The notes beneath the pieces were generated by a model. It did no database searches, was not told where the DNA came from, and was given only the letters and a program-made list of their open reading frames with translations. From Gemmatimonadaceae bacterium (GTDB lineage Bacteria; Gemmatimonadota; Gemmatimonadetes; Gemmatimonadales; Gemmatimonadaceae), in NCBI GenBank assembly GCA_035765135.1, contig DASTYE010000118.1, forward strand, positions 13,477 to 77,476: a stretch of DNA of 64,000 bases, read 5' to 3'. The position numbers were made by a program, and so were the translations under genes. Positions within the stretch are counted from its first letter, which is position 1. Each line of letters starts with the position of its first letter. Shown in pieces: positions 19,165-27,787 of the stretch.

Positions 19165-19389
19165 ATGCTTCGCACCATATTCACAATCGGCGCGCTGGCC
19201 GTGCTGGGGCTTTTTCTCCTCAGCTTCGTGTTCGGCATTCTCAAGGGCCTGATCGGCCTCGCGCTCTTCCTTCTCGGCCTCGCGATTCGCATCGCGATCG
19301 TCGGGCTGATCGTATACATCGTCATTCGCATCGTGAGCCCTGAAACGGCTCGTCGGTTACGCGAGCGGTGGAGCGGTCCGACGGTCTAA
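19165..19389 (+). CDS. small integral membrane protein
   Basis: 74 aa, almost entirely hydrophobic (two or three predicted TM helices), with a basic C-terminus. Confidence 0.45.
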   Translation: MLRTIFTIGALAVLGLFLLSFVFGILKGLIGLALFLLGLAIRIAIVGLIVYIVIRIVSPETARRLRERWSGPTV

Positions 19390-19415
19390 GCCGGGCGAAA
19401 AAGACTGAAGGAACG

Positions 19416-19452
19416 AGACGGGCGGAAGATCCACTGGATCTTCCGCCCGTCT
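19416..19452 (+). terminator. perfect 17-bp hairpin downstream of the small membrane protein gene
   Basis: AGACGGGCGGAAGATCC - ACT - GGATCTTCCGCCCGTCT. No clear U-tract follows. Confidence 0.45.
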
Positions 19453-19470
19453 TGCGTGCGTTCTATCTCA

Positions 19471-19992
19471 ATGAGACATGCACCGCACCTCTCACCAATG
19501 ATGGCAATGGATCAAGCGATCGCCCACGTCATGGGCTTGATGGACATCGTAGACAACCTGTACGCGCGAGCGCTCCACGGCCTCGATCCCGATGAGCTGA
19601 CACGTGCGCCATCGGATGACTCGAATCCGATGATCTGGATGGCGGGCCACCTGGCGCAAACCAGAGTGCGTCTGGGTCGCCTGCTCGGAGTGGATCGCGA
19701 AGTGCCGTGGCCCGCGCTGTTCCAGCGTGGCAGCCCGCCTCCCGACAGCGAGAAATACCCCGCGCTGTCGGACATCCGAGGCGTGTGGGAGGATGCCGGC
19801 AAGGCATTGCGCGCGCGGCTTCGCGCGATGACTGAGGAGGAGCTACACTCCCACCTCCAGCTCAAGATCCCCTCGACCGATGGGACGCTCCGTGGCGCCA
19901 TTGTCTTCGCACTGTTCCACGAGGGCTACCATGTGGGGCAGATGGGATACGTGCGGCGCACGTTAGGCAGGGAGGGGATAGCGCAGCTGTAG
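19471..19992 (+). CDS. DinB-family (four-helix bundle, metal-dependent) protein
   Basis: WMAGHLAQTRVRL and LFHEGYHVGQMGYVRR match the His-containing DinB superfamily helices. The ORF is open to 19456, with an ATG at 19471. Confidence 0.55.
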   Translation: MRHAPHLSPMMAMDQAIAHVMGLMDIVDNLYARALHGLDPDELTRAPSDDSNPMIWMAGHLAQTRVRLGRLLGVDREVPWPALFQRGSPPPDSEKYPALSDIRGVWEDAGKALRARLRAMTEEELHSHLQLKIPSTDGTLRGAIVFALFHEGYHVGQMGYVRRTLGREGIAQL

Positions 19993-20163
19993 CTGGGGCT
20001 TTGGCCCAGCTACAGCGGGCCAGGGGCCAAGGGCCAGGGGGTGTGGAAAGGCGCGGCGCCGCTTCGCGGCAGCCGCGCTCATCTGATGAGCAACCGGCCG
20101 CGCAACGCGCCGCCGGTTGCCTTTCAACCCCCTTGGCCCTTGGCCCCTGGCCCTTGGCCCAGC
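19986..20163. repeat. compound palindrome E (12-bp hairpin plus 7-nt-period arms around a structured spacer)
   Basis: GCTGTAGCTGGG/CCCAGCTACAGC hairpin (19986-20016). Left arm GGGCCAG GGGCCAA GGGCCAG GGGG (20017-20041). Spacer of about 86 nt. Right arm CCCC CTTGGCC CTTGGCC CCTGGCC CTTGGCC (20128-20160). Lies between convergent genes. Confidence 0.85.
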
Positions 20164-21098
20164 CTTTCTACCACCGCCCACACCAGCAGCGGCACCATGA
20201 TCTCGTGGTGCCCGGTGATCTCGTATCCCGCGCCGCCTTCCAGGGTCGGACGCTGCACGACGTTCACCCGCGGCCGATAGTGACGAAGCATGTCGAAGTC
20301 GCACGTCGTGAAATGCGTCGGCCGTCCGTCGCCGAGATTGCGGGCGACTGTCAGCGCCTTGAGGAAAACCTCGGGCATGATCACGGCGCTGCCGAGGTTG
20401 AGCACCACTCCACCGTCGTGCAGTGTCGGCATCGCCGCCGCCAATCGGCGAAAGTCGCGATGACTGGTGTCGCCGATCGCCGCGCCATCGGTGGCAGGAT
20501 GCTGGTGGATGATCTCCGCGCCGATCGCCGCATGGACGGTCACGGGAATCCCGAGCTCGTGTGCGCCCAGCAGGAGCGAAAGCTCGGGGTGCACGAGATC
20601 GGAGCGCGAGGCGAGTGCGCGGGCGAGTGCTTCGCCCATCCCCCAGCTCGCGGCGCGCCCTCGCGTGAACGCCTCGTTCATCTCACGCCCCGTCTCCTCC
20701 GCCATCCCGAAGGTCCCATCGCGCAAGCCTGACGCGACGTCCTCCGATGTCCCGCCCCAACGCGCAACCTCGTAATCGTGAATCGCGGCCGAGCCGTTGA
20801 GCGCGAGATGCGTTATGACGCGCTGACGCAAGAGCTCCAGCAGGACCGGCGCGATTCCCGTCTTCACGACGTGACCGCCGGCCATGGCGATCACCGCACG
20901 GCGACGTGCGGCCCGGGCTATCGCGTCCACCACGCTCTTGAAATCACGAGCGGCCAGCACATCGGGGAGTGAACGCAAGAACGCGCCGAATGAGCGGTCG
21001 GCACCTGGCGGCCCGGCAAACTCTTCGGCGCGTACCTTGTTCGGACGTTGCGCGATGGGGACGGTGCGGACCCGCGAGAGGTCCGCCTCGCGCGTCAC
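20124..21098 (-). CDS. deoxyhypusine-synthase-like family protein (function unknown)
   Basis: The architecture resembles the DHS fold: AMAGGHVVKTGIAPVLLELLRQRVITHLALNGSAAIHDYE versus DHS ...SSGIRE..L....VDVLVTTAGGVEED, then later GIPVTV...GAEIIH and VVLNLGSAVIMPE. The GTG start overlaps the upstream stop (GTGA). The C-terminal tail GQGPGAKGQGG is encoded by repeat E. Confidence 0.4.
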   Translation of the reverse strand: MTREADLSRVRTVPIAQRPNKVRAEEFAGPPGADRSFGAFLRSLPDVLAARDFKSVVDAIARAARRRAVIAMAGGHVVKTGIAPVLLELLRQRVITHLALNGSAAIHDYEVARWGGTSEDVASGLRDGTFGMAEETGREMNEAFTRGRAASWGMGEALARALASRSDLVHPELSLLLGAHELGIPVTVHAAIGAEIIHQHPATDGAAIGDTSHRDFRRLAAAMPTLHDGGVVLNLGSAVIMPEVFLKALTVARNLGDGRPTHFTTCDFDMLRHYRPRVNVVQRPTLEGGAGYEITGHHEIMVPLLVWAVVERLGQGPGAKGQGG

Positions 21099-21844
21099 TG
21101 CGTCTCGCTGGCTGTCCCCGGAGTGTACGATTTCAGATAGAGGCTGAGGGTGCCGAACGACAGGCTGGATTTGAGCTGGAGCATCATACGCCGGTCATCA
21201 TCCGACAGCCAGATCTCGGCGCGGCCGTTCTCGGAAAAGATGCCTTTCGACTTGATGATCGGTTGAATGACGATCGCGTCGAAGCGCCCGGCGGGCACCT
21301 TCACCGATTCCTTCCGAAGCACGCGCACACGAACAGGATTGCGGTCGGGCTTGAAGTAACGAGGAAAGTCGTACGTCTGCCCGACCGTGAGCGGCACTGT
21401 ACGGATGAAGTAGAGAAACGATCCATCGTCGAGCGGGTCGCGAACGCTTTCACGCTCCTCGCTGTCATTCTCCGTGTACAGGACGCGGTCGGGATAAATC
21501 TCGAAGCGACGCTCCCGGTCGCGCCGTCCCTCCTGAAGATCCTGGACATGCCGCAGCGACGAGAACGTCTCCGTGTCGATCCAGCTCTCGAGGCGATCGT
21601 TCACCTTGTAGAAGAACGTTCCTCCCTTCACGGTGAACGAGGTATGCCACGCCTGGCGTCCGCGAATCTCCTCGACGCCCACCACTTCCATGCGGCCGCT
21701 GCCCACCTTGAGCATGCCGAACTTCACATCGTACTCGAGCCGCTCTCCGACCGAGAACGGCACCGGCACCTGCGGTGTCAGCTCGGCCGGAGCGGTGAGT
21801 GCGACGACGATCGCGAGGACATCAGCCTGCAGAAAGGTCTTCAT
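21095..21844 (-). CDS. DUF3108-like secreted protein
   Basis: Signal peptide MKTFLQADVLAIVVALTAPA. GERLEYDVKFGMLKVGSGRMEV is typical of DUF3108 beta-barrel-like proteins. ATGA overlap with the upstream GT2 gene. Confidence 0.5.
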   Translation of the reverse strand: MKTFLQADVLAIVVALTAPAELTPQVPVPFSVGERLEYDVKFGMLKVGSGRMEVVGVEEIRGRQAWHTSFTVKGGTFFYKVNDRLESWIDTETFSSLRHVQDLQEGRRDRERRFEIYPDRVLYTENDSEERESVRDPLDDGSFLYFIRTVPLTVGQTYDFPRYFKPDRNPVRVRVLRKESVKVPAGRFDAIVIQPIIKSKGIFSENGRAEIWLSDDDRRMMLQLKSSLSFGTLSLYLKSYTPGTASETQ

Positions 21845-22593
21845 GTCGTTGTGGGTGCGGCTCGGCGAGCGCGATTGGCCCGTCCGAAACGGTAAAGATC
21901 CAGTGCACCGGCAAGAGGCCGAACACGTGTATCCCGGGGACGCAGGTCGTATCGCGGCTCCAGCGACACGACCTCGATTCGCCGTGCGAATCGCGCCGCC
22001 TTCGCCAGAAGCTCTACGTTCGCGGCCCAGCCATCCGCTCTTAGCAGTGCTCCCTCTCCGGCCTCCTTGAGCAGATCACGGACCACGGCAATACGGATGA
22101 GACGGTACGTGCCGAGAGGATCGGTCACTCCTGATACACGTACAAAGGGACGAATGAGCCATCGCCCGAGGCGACGGAGCCGCCTGACGGGAACCGGCGT
22201 GGTAGCCGCCGACGACGCGTACTCGCCGATCACGAGATCGGCGCCCCCTTCGTGACGCTTGATCAGCTCCGGAAGATGTTCCGGCTGATCGGTGAAATCG
22301 GCCTGCATGAGAATCGCCGCGTCCCGACGCGGGTAACGGGTACGCTGCGAAACCGCACGCAACAGCGCTTCCACCGATGCCGCATACCCGCGCCGCTTGT
22401 CGTGGCGCAGGATCGTCAAGGGCAACACCTCGCGGTACGGCGCGAGGGTCTCGGCCGTGGCATCGGTGCTTCCGTCGTCCAGCACGAGGATCTCGTACTC
22501 GCGCGGATAGTTCTCGAACACCTTGCGAATGCGCCAGAGCAGCAACCCAATCGTCGGCGATTCGTCATAGGTGGGAATGCAGACGTAGAGCAT
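21841..22593 (-). CDS. family-2 glycosyltransferase (polyprenol-phosphate sugar transferase-like)
   Basis: MLYVCIPTYDESPTIG...ILVLDDGSTDAT...QADFTDQPE contain the GT-A DxD-type motifs. The ORF is open to 22656, with an ATG at 22593. Confidence 0.75.
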   Translation of the reverse strand: MLYVCIPTYDESPTIGLLLWRIRKVFENYPREYEILVLDDGSTDATAETLAPYREVLPLTILRHDKRRGYAASVEALLRAVSQRTRYPRRDAAILMQADFTDQPEHLPELIKRHEGGADLVIGEYASSAATTPVPVRRLRRLGRWLIRPFVRVSGVTDPLGTYRLIRIAVVRDLLKEAGEGALLRADGWAANVELLAKAARFARRIEVVSLEPRYDLRPRDTRVRPLAGALDLYRFGRANRARRAAPTTT

Positions 22594-22766
22594 TGTCCGT
22601 ACTGATACCTCGCCCGGGGGATGGCGTTCCTGACACGCCAGGGTATGTGGCGCCATGAAACCTGACGCCCTCCGAACGGCTTGGCAAACGGCCCGTGCTT
22701 GCCCGCCTCAGGCGCGATGGTTAGCCTCCCACGTGTCCCCTCAACGACCTTTTTTCCGGAGATGAC

Positions 22767-24353
22767 ATGCGCCGCCTTGCGACGCTGATGTTGCTTGCCG
22801 CCAGTGCCTGCTCGCAGGCGCCCGCGATCGATTCCAGCCCCGTCCCCGCGACAGCTCCGCCCACGTCGGCACCCGCTCCACTGCCCGTACCCCCGATCGA
22901 CGAGTCCGCGCTGCGTGCCGATCTCACGCATTTCGCCTCTGACGAGCTTCTCGGACGGTTGGCCGGCACCCCCTCGGCTCGCCGCGCCGCCGAGTTCATC
23001 GCCGAGCGCCTAACGGGAACTGGTCTGGAGCCCATGGGGGATAGCGGGTTCTTTCAGCGGGTTCCGCTGTCTCGGCAGGTGTTCACGCCGACGACGAAAT
23101 TCCTCGTGACTTCGCGAGGCCGCGCGACAGAGCTCAAGGCGGGCGAGGATCTCGTGCCGCTGCTCCGACTCGGCGAGGGAGTGCCGCTTCCGCAATTGTC
23201 GGCGAGCGGCGACATCGTCTTCGCCGGCTACGCGATGACGTCCCCGCAGCTCGGGCGGGACGATCTCGGCAAGCTCGACCTCGCGGGCAAGGTCGTCGTT
23301 TTCGTCGGCGGCGCGCCGGCGAATGCGGATTCCGCTACGCGGGCACGACTCGAGGCGCCCGAGCAGCTAGGCCAGCGGATGGGCGCGATCCTCATGCGCG
23401 GTCCGGCCGCCATCATCATCGTGGCGACCGGGAAGCTCGAGGACGACTTCGACGCGATGGCCAGCGAGATCATGCACGGGTCGCTCGAGCTCTCGTCGAA
23501 AGAGACGGAGGAGCAGCGTGTGCTGCCGATGGTGATGTTCGCCCGCCCCCGCGCGGGATCACCGCTCCTTCCCGCGCGATGGCCCGCCGACGATCAGGCG
23601 CAGGCGCTGGGGCGGCACCTGACCGCGAAGGTCACGCTCGGTCGGGCACAGGCGGCGAGTCACAACGTGGTCGCCGTGCTTCGCGGCAGCGATCCAGCAC
23701 TCTCGAACACCTACGTCGCGCTCGGCGCGCACCTCGACCACATCGGGGTCCAGGCGGCGGCGGGCGCCGACACGATCGCCAATGGCGCAGACGATGATGG
23801 ATCGGGCTCGATGGCGCTCGTATCCATCGCGCGCGCGCTGGCGAGCTCGCCGGTGCGTCCGCGCCGCTCGGTGCTGTTCGTCTGGCACACCGGCGAGGAG
23901 GCGGGGATGCTCGGTTCCCAGTGGTTCGTGACGAATCCCACCGTTCCAGTCGATTCGATCGTCGCGCAGCTCAACGCCGACATGATCGGGCGTAACGCGC
24001 CGGATTCGCTCATGCTGGTCGGCCCGCGTGCGGCGCCGAACGGTCAGAGCCGGGTACTCGGTGCGCTCGTGGATTCGGTGAACACCGCATTGAGCCGACC
24101 GTTTTCGATCAACCGTGAATGGGACTCACCCGATCACCCGGAGCAGATCTATCTTCGGAGCGACCACTACAGCTACGCGAAGCGCGGCATTCCAATCGTG
24201 TTCTTCACCACGGGACTGCATGCCGACTATCACAAGGTGAGTGACGAGGTGTCGAAGATCGATTTCGACAAGCTCTCGCGTGTGTCGGACCTCATCATGC
24301 GTTCGGCGCTGGCCGTCGCGAATCGTTCGGATCGACCGCGCGCGACGCGGTGA
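22767..24353 (+). CDS. M28-family metallo-aminopeptidase lipoprotein with PA domain
   Basis: Lipobox LLAASAC. HNVVAVLRGSDP, GAHLDHIG, NGADDDGSGSMALVSIARAL and FVWHTGEEAGMLGSQWF are M28 zinc-ligand motifs. Confidence 0.85.
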   Translation: MRRLATLMLLAASACSQAPAIDSSPVPATAPPTSAPAPLPVPPIDESALRADLTHFASDELLGRLAGTPSARRAAEFIAERLTGTGLEPMGDSGFFQRVPLSRQVFTPTTKFLVTSRGRATELKAGEDLVPLLRLGEGVPLPQLSASGDIVFAGYAMTSPQLGRDDLGKLDLAGKVVVFVGGAPANADSATRARLEAPEQLGQRMGAILMRGPAAIIIVATGKLEDDFDAMASEIMHGSLELSSKETEEQRVLPMVMFARPRAGSPLLPARWPADDQAQALGRHLTAKVTLGRAQAASHNVVAVLRGSDPALSNTYVALGAHLDHIGVQAAAGADTIANGADDDGSGSMALVSIARALASSPVRPRRSVLFVWHTGEEAGMLGSQWFVTNPTVPVDSIVAQLNADMIGRNAPDSLMLVGPRAAPNGQSRVLGALVDSVNTALSRPFSINREWDSPDHPEQIYLRSDHYSYAKRGIPIVFFTTGLHADYHKVSDEVSKIDFDKLSRVSDLIMRSALAVANRSDRPRATR

Positions 24354-24376
24354 GAGCGGGGATTGGCACGTCGGAA

Positions 24377-24412
24377 CGCGCGGGCCTTCAGTGACCCGCG
24401 CGTTTTTTTTTT
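24377..24412 (+). terminator. rho-independent terminator after the M28 peptidase gene
   Basis: CGCGCGGG - 10-nt loop - CCCGCGCG followed directly by ten T (24403-24412). Confidence 0.85.
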
Positions 24413-24558
24413 GGCACCCGAGGCTCGCGACTGCTAACACGATGTTTTACCCGGGGTGGCGGTGATCGTCACACGAAGAGACGCCGTCGTGTGCACATCG
24501 TGGCACGTTCGGTGTACCAGTGTGAGACAGCATGTGAGTCCGGTACGGATGGAGGCAC

Positions 24559-25293
24559 GTGATGATCCTCGCGAATGTTCGGGAATCCCTCACGCGCGAT
24601 GATGCGCAGTTGGCGGTGCACCTTCTCGCGCGCGCTGGTGTCGGTCGGCCTGACGACGCCGAAGCGAAGCTGCGTGAAGAAGGCATCGACTCGGTGCTCG
24701 ACGATCCGCGTCTGCTCGGCGCGCTGGTGCAGCAGCCGCTAGGCGGCCGAGCGTCGCTGCCGTTGTTCTGCTACGTCGTCGTGCGTCACGCGCTGCGCGG
24801 TGTGGGCGAGGAAGACCGGACGTTGGCCGACTACGTCGCCGCGATCCTGGTGCATTTCGGGATCAGGGACCGCGCGACGCGAGTGGGTGCCAGCGACGAC
24901 GAGGAGTATGACACGCTGGCATCGTTGCTCGAGGATGCCGAGCGTTCCGATCCGCGGCGGGCGTTCCTGGTGCGTGCGCACCTGGGGAACTATGCGCTGT
25001 GGGTGAGCGGTCTCTTTCCGGATTACATCGAGCATCGCAAATGGCGCCGGGGCGGTCCCGATCTGGATTATTACGCCGAGATGGGCCGCCGAGGGTTCCG
25101 GCTGGCAGCCGATCACCGGCTGGCCCAAGAAAACGGTCTCGCGCAGCTCTATCTCGTGGCGGCGGATCGTTTCGAGCGCCTTCGGGTGGCGCTGAATCAG
25201 ATCAGCGACACGCTGCTCTTTCCGGACGTGCACACCCCCGACCGGTTGATGCGGCAGGTCCGCGACGAGGCACGCTGGCGCCTGCTGAGCTAG
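24559..25293 (+). CDS. hypothetical protein
   Basis: 244-aa ORF with coding-like composition. I recognise no family. Confidence 0.4.
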   Translation: MMILANVRESLTRDDAQLAVHLLARAGVGRPDDAEAKLREEGIDSVLDDPRLLGALVQQPLGGRASLPLFCYVVVRHALRGVGEEDRTLADYVAAILVHFGIRDRATRVGASDDEEYDTLASLLEDAERSDPRRAFLVRAHLGNYALWVSGLFPDYIEHRKWRRGGPDLDYYAEMGRRGFRLAADHRLAQENGLAQLYLVAADRFERLRVALNQISDTLLFPDVHTPDRLMRQVRDEARWRLLS

Positions 25294-25366
25294 GCGAAAC
25301 ACCGGCGCTTGCGCGTCGACGGTCGCCGAGTATCGTACACGGGCGACCATCGGACCCGAGGGTGTT

Positions 25367-25531
25367 ATGCCAAGTTATGACTACCAATGCCGGAAGTGCG
25401 GTCAGCACTTCACCACGCGCGAAAAGATCTCGGAGCACAACGCGCGCACGGCGACCTGTCCCCAGTGCAAGTCCCAGGAAGTCGAGCGCGTGATGTCGAG
25501 CTTCTACGCGAAGACTCCCCGCAAGTCGTGA
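25367..25531 (+). CDS. FmdB-family zinc-ribbon protein (CxxC...CxxC)
   Basis: Not in the supplied ORF track because it is 54 aa. Hand translation gives MPSYDYQCRKCGQHFTTREKISEHNARTATCPQCKSQEVERVMSSFYAKTPRKS. The Y-x-Y-x-C-x2-C-G-x-F start and second CPxC are the FmdB/CxxC_CxxC_SSSS signature. Confidence 0.75.
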   Translation: MPSYDYQCRKCGQHFTTREKISEHNARTATCPQCKSQEVERVMSSFYAKTPRKS

Positions 25532-25559
25532 CGTCGCGCTCCCCGTCACCGGCGCCGCG

Positions 25560-26099
25560 ATGTTCGAGCGGTTGAAGGAGACGCTGCGCGACGCCCTGAG
25601 CCGCGCGTCCTCTCCCCAGGGGCGCGCGGCTCTTGCACAAATGCGTGACGCGCTCGTCCAGGCCAAGGTCGGGCTCGCCGACCTGCGCCAGGGCATCGAC
25701 CGCACGCGCTCGCGGCTCGAGGCCGAGCGGGCCGAGCTCGAGACGGTGCGGCGGCGCGGGAAGCTTGCGACCGACATCGACGATCGGGAGACGGTTCGCA
25801 TCGCGGAGCAGTACGAGCGCAAGCACGGCGAGCGTGTAGCCGTGCTCGAGAAGAAGCTGGCCGCACAGGAGGAGGAGCTCGCGCTCGCCGAACACGAGAT
25901 CGATGAGATGACCGCTCAGCTGAAGGCCGCGAACGCCGGTGTCATGCCGCCGGAGGCGGCCCCAACCCCGGCGATGCCGGACCCCCTCGACGAGGAGCGC
26001 GCCGAGGCTGACGCGCTGCGCCGGGACATTGACCGCGCCGCGCGCGACGCCAATGCCCAGCGGCAGTTGGAAGAGCTCAAGCGCCGGATGGGGAAATAG
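25560..26099 (+). CDS. coiled-coil protein, PspA/IM30-like (weak)
   Basis: 179 aa, highly charged with heptad-like E/R/L-rich sequence. Its length and the N-terminal MFERLKETLRDAL resemble PspA/IM30. No strong motif. Confidence 0.35.
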   Translation: MFERLKETLRDALSRASSPQGRAALAQMRDALVQAKVGLADLRQGIDRTRSRLEAERAELETVRRRGKLATDIDDRETVRIAEQYERKHGERVAVLEKKLAAQEEELALAEHEIDEMTAQLKAANAGVMPPEAAPTPAMPDPLDEERAEADALRRDIDRAARDANAQRQLEELKRRMGK

Positions 26100-26102
26100 C
26101 GG

Positions 26103-27779
26103 GTGCGGATCGCGCGCTGGTGGAGTCTGCCGGTCGTCATGCTGCTCGCCGCGCAGGCTCGAGCGCAGACCATGCGGTGCAACGGCGAGATCATCTCCGA
26201 CATCTCGATCGTCGCGCATCCGCCTTACGAGGAGCTCGGGACGCGCTGGTGGGAAGGCCCGCTCCGATTCGCCACGGAGCTTCACGTCACCACGAAGCCG
26301 GGCGTCGTCCGGCGGTTTCTGATCGTCAAGCCGGGACGCCCCTGCATCGAGCTGGAGCGTGCCGAATCCGAGCGTATTCTGCGCGCCCAGCCGTTTTTCG
26401 CCGACGCGAGCATTGCCGTCATTCCGGACACGGCGGGAACCGTCGCCCTGCTGGTCGAGACGCGCGATGAGCTCACTCCCGTCATCGGCGGCTCTACCTC
26501 CGGCGCGCGCCTCACCGCGATCAAGCTCGGTGAAGCGAATTTTCTGGGGAGCGGCACGTTCATCGTCGGCGAGTGGCAGGACGGCAACACGCGTGACACG
26601 TACGCGGTGCGGGGTACCGATCACCAGTTCCTCGGACGGCACTATGTGTTCGCCGCGTCGGCTGCGCGGCGGGATCACGGGATGAGCGACTGGACGACGG
26701 ACCTGTCGCACCCGTTCCTGACGGATCAGCAGCGCTTCGCGTGGCGCGCCTCGGCCGGCGGAATCCGCGAGCTGTTCGAGTTTCATCGTGTGGAAGGGGA
26801 ACGCGTCCCGTTCGCGTTCCAGCGGGAGTTTCTCGACGTTGGCGCCGTCGTTCGCATTGGAGTGCCGGGGCGCCTCAGTCTGTTCGGCGTGTCGTTCTCC
26901 CAGGAAGAGGACACGCCATTCCTTCCGCCCGAGCCACTTCCCGGTGTCCCGTACGATTCGTTGGTTTCGCGGCATGGAGCGCGGCGCAATTCGCGGGTGA
27001 ACGCGCTCTGGGGACTGCGCAACGTTCGATTCCGCCGCGTCGAGCGCTTCGACGGGCTCACCGCGGCTCAGGACATTCGCCTCGGCTTTCAGCTCGGCAC
27101 GTTGATTGGGCGCAGTCTCTCGATTCTCAACACGACGGACGATGACTACCTGCTCGCCGCGGACCTCTACGCAGGGGTCGGTGGGGAGAGTGGCATTGTG
27201 ACGCTCAGTGCCCGGGGCGAAGGCCGCCAGAATTACGACACGAACAAGTGGGACGGAATTCTGGGGAGCATGCGACTCGCGGTGACACAGCGAGTGATGT
27301 CGACGCATACGACGACCGCATCGCTCGAGTGGTCCGGCGGGTGGCGTCAGCGCATCCCGTTCCAGGTGCGCTTAGGCGGCCGCAGTGGCATGCGCGGCTT
27401 TCGGCGTTCCGAGGAGGCGGGCTCGCAACGTGCCGTCGTCAGGCTCGACCATCGCTGGTACATGGGACAGCTGCTGCGCCAGGCCGATGTCGGCATCGCG
27501 CTGTTCGGTGATGCCGGGCGCGTCTGGAAAGGGGACGCGCCTTACGGGGTCGACACTCCGCTCCGGTACGCGGCGGGCGTGAGCCTGCTCGCGGCCGTGC
27601 CGCCACGCTCCAAGCGCACCTGGCGCCTCGACGTCGCGATGCCCATCGGTGGACAGCCGAACTCGAGCTGGGAGATTCGGCTCTCGCACAACGTGGCAGG
27701 GCGCGACTGGCGCGAGCCGAATGACGTGAGCCGCAGTCGCGAGCGGTCCGTGCCAGCCAGTGTGTTCACCTGGCCGTGA
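26103..27779 (+). CDS. POTRA-domain / Omp85-superfamily outer-membrane protein
   Basis: Signal MRIARWWSLPVVMLLAAQARAQT. POTRA-like segment (ISDISIV...TKPGVVRRFLIVKPGRPCIELERAESERILRAQPFFADASIAVIPD..VALLVETRDE). A long beta-rich C-terminal part ends in an aromatic residue (SVFTWP). Confidence 0.5.
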   Translation: MRIARWWSLPVVMLLAAQARAQTMRCNGEIISDISIVAHPPYEELGTRWWEGPLRFATELHVTTKPGVVRRFLIVKPGRPCIELERAESERILRAQPFFADASIAVIPDTAGTVALLVETRDELTPVIGGSTSGARLTAIKLGEANFLGSGTFIVGEWQDGNTRDTYAVRGTDHQFLGRHYVFAASAARRDHGMSDWTTDLSHPFLTDQQRFAWRASAGGIRELFEFHRVEGERVPFAFQREFLDVGAVVRIGVPGRLSLFGVSFSQEEDTPFLPPEPLPGVPYDSLVSRHGARRNSRVNALWGLRNVRFRRVERFDGLTAAQDIRLGFQLGTLIGRSLSILNTTDDDYLLAADLYAGVGGESGIVTLSARGEGRQNYDTNKWDGILGSMRLAVTQRVMSTHTTTASLEWSGGWRQRIPFQVRLGGRSGMRGFRRSEEAGSQRAVVRLDHRWYMGQLLRQADVGIALFGDAGRVWKGDAPYGVDTPLRYAAGVSLLAAVPPRSKRTWRLDVAMPIGGQPNSSWEIRLSHNVAGRDWREPNDVSRSRERSVPASVFTWP

Positions 27780-27787
27780 GGCCGCGC

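Noticed and set aside
11637-20163. CRISPR array interpretation of the short tandem repeats
   Set aside because: The units are 7-9 nt with no unique spacers between them. They are arranged as inverted arms. No cas genes are present.
25410-27308. 632-aa minus-strand ORF
   Set aside because: It is antisense to the PspA-like and Omp85-like genes. The translation is Arg/Gly/Pro-rich with no motifs, which is typical of shadow ORFs in GC-rich DNA. The plus-strand genes have signal peptides and recognisable domains.
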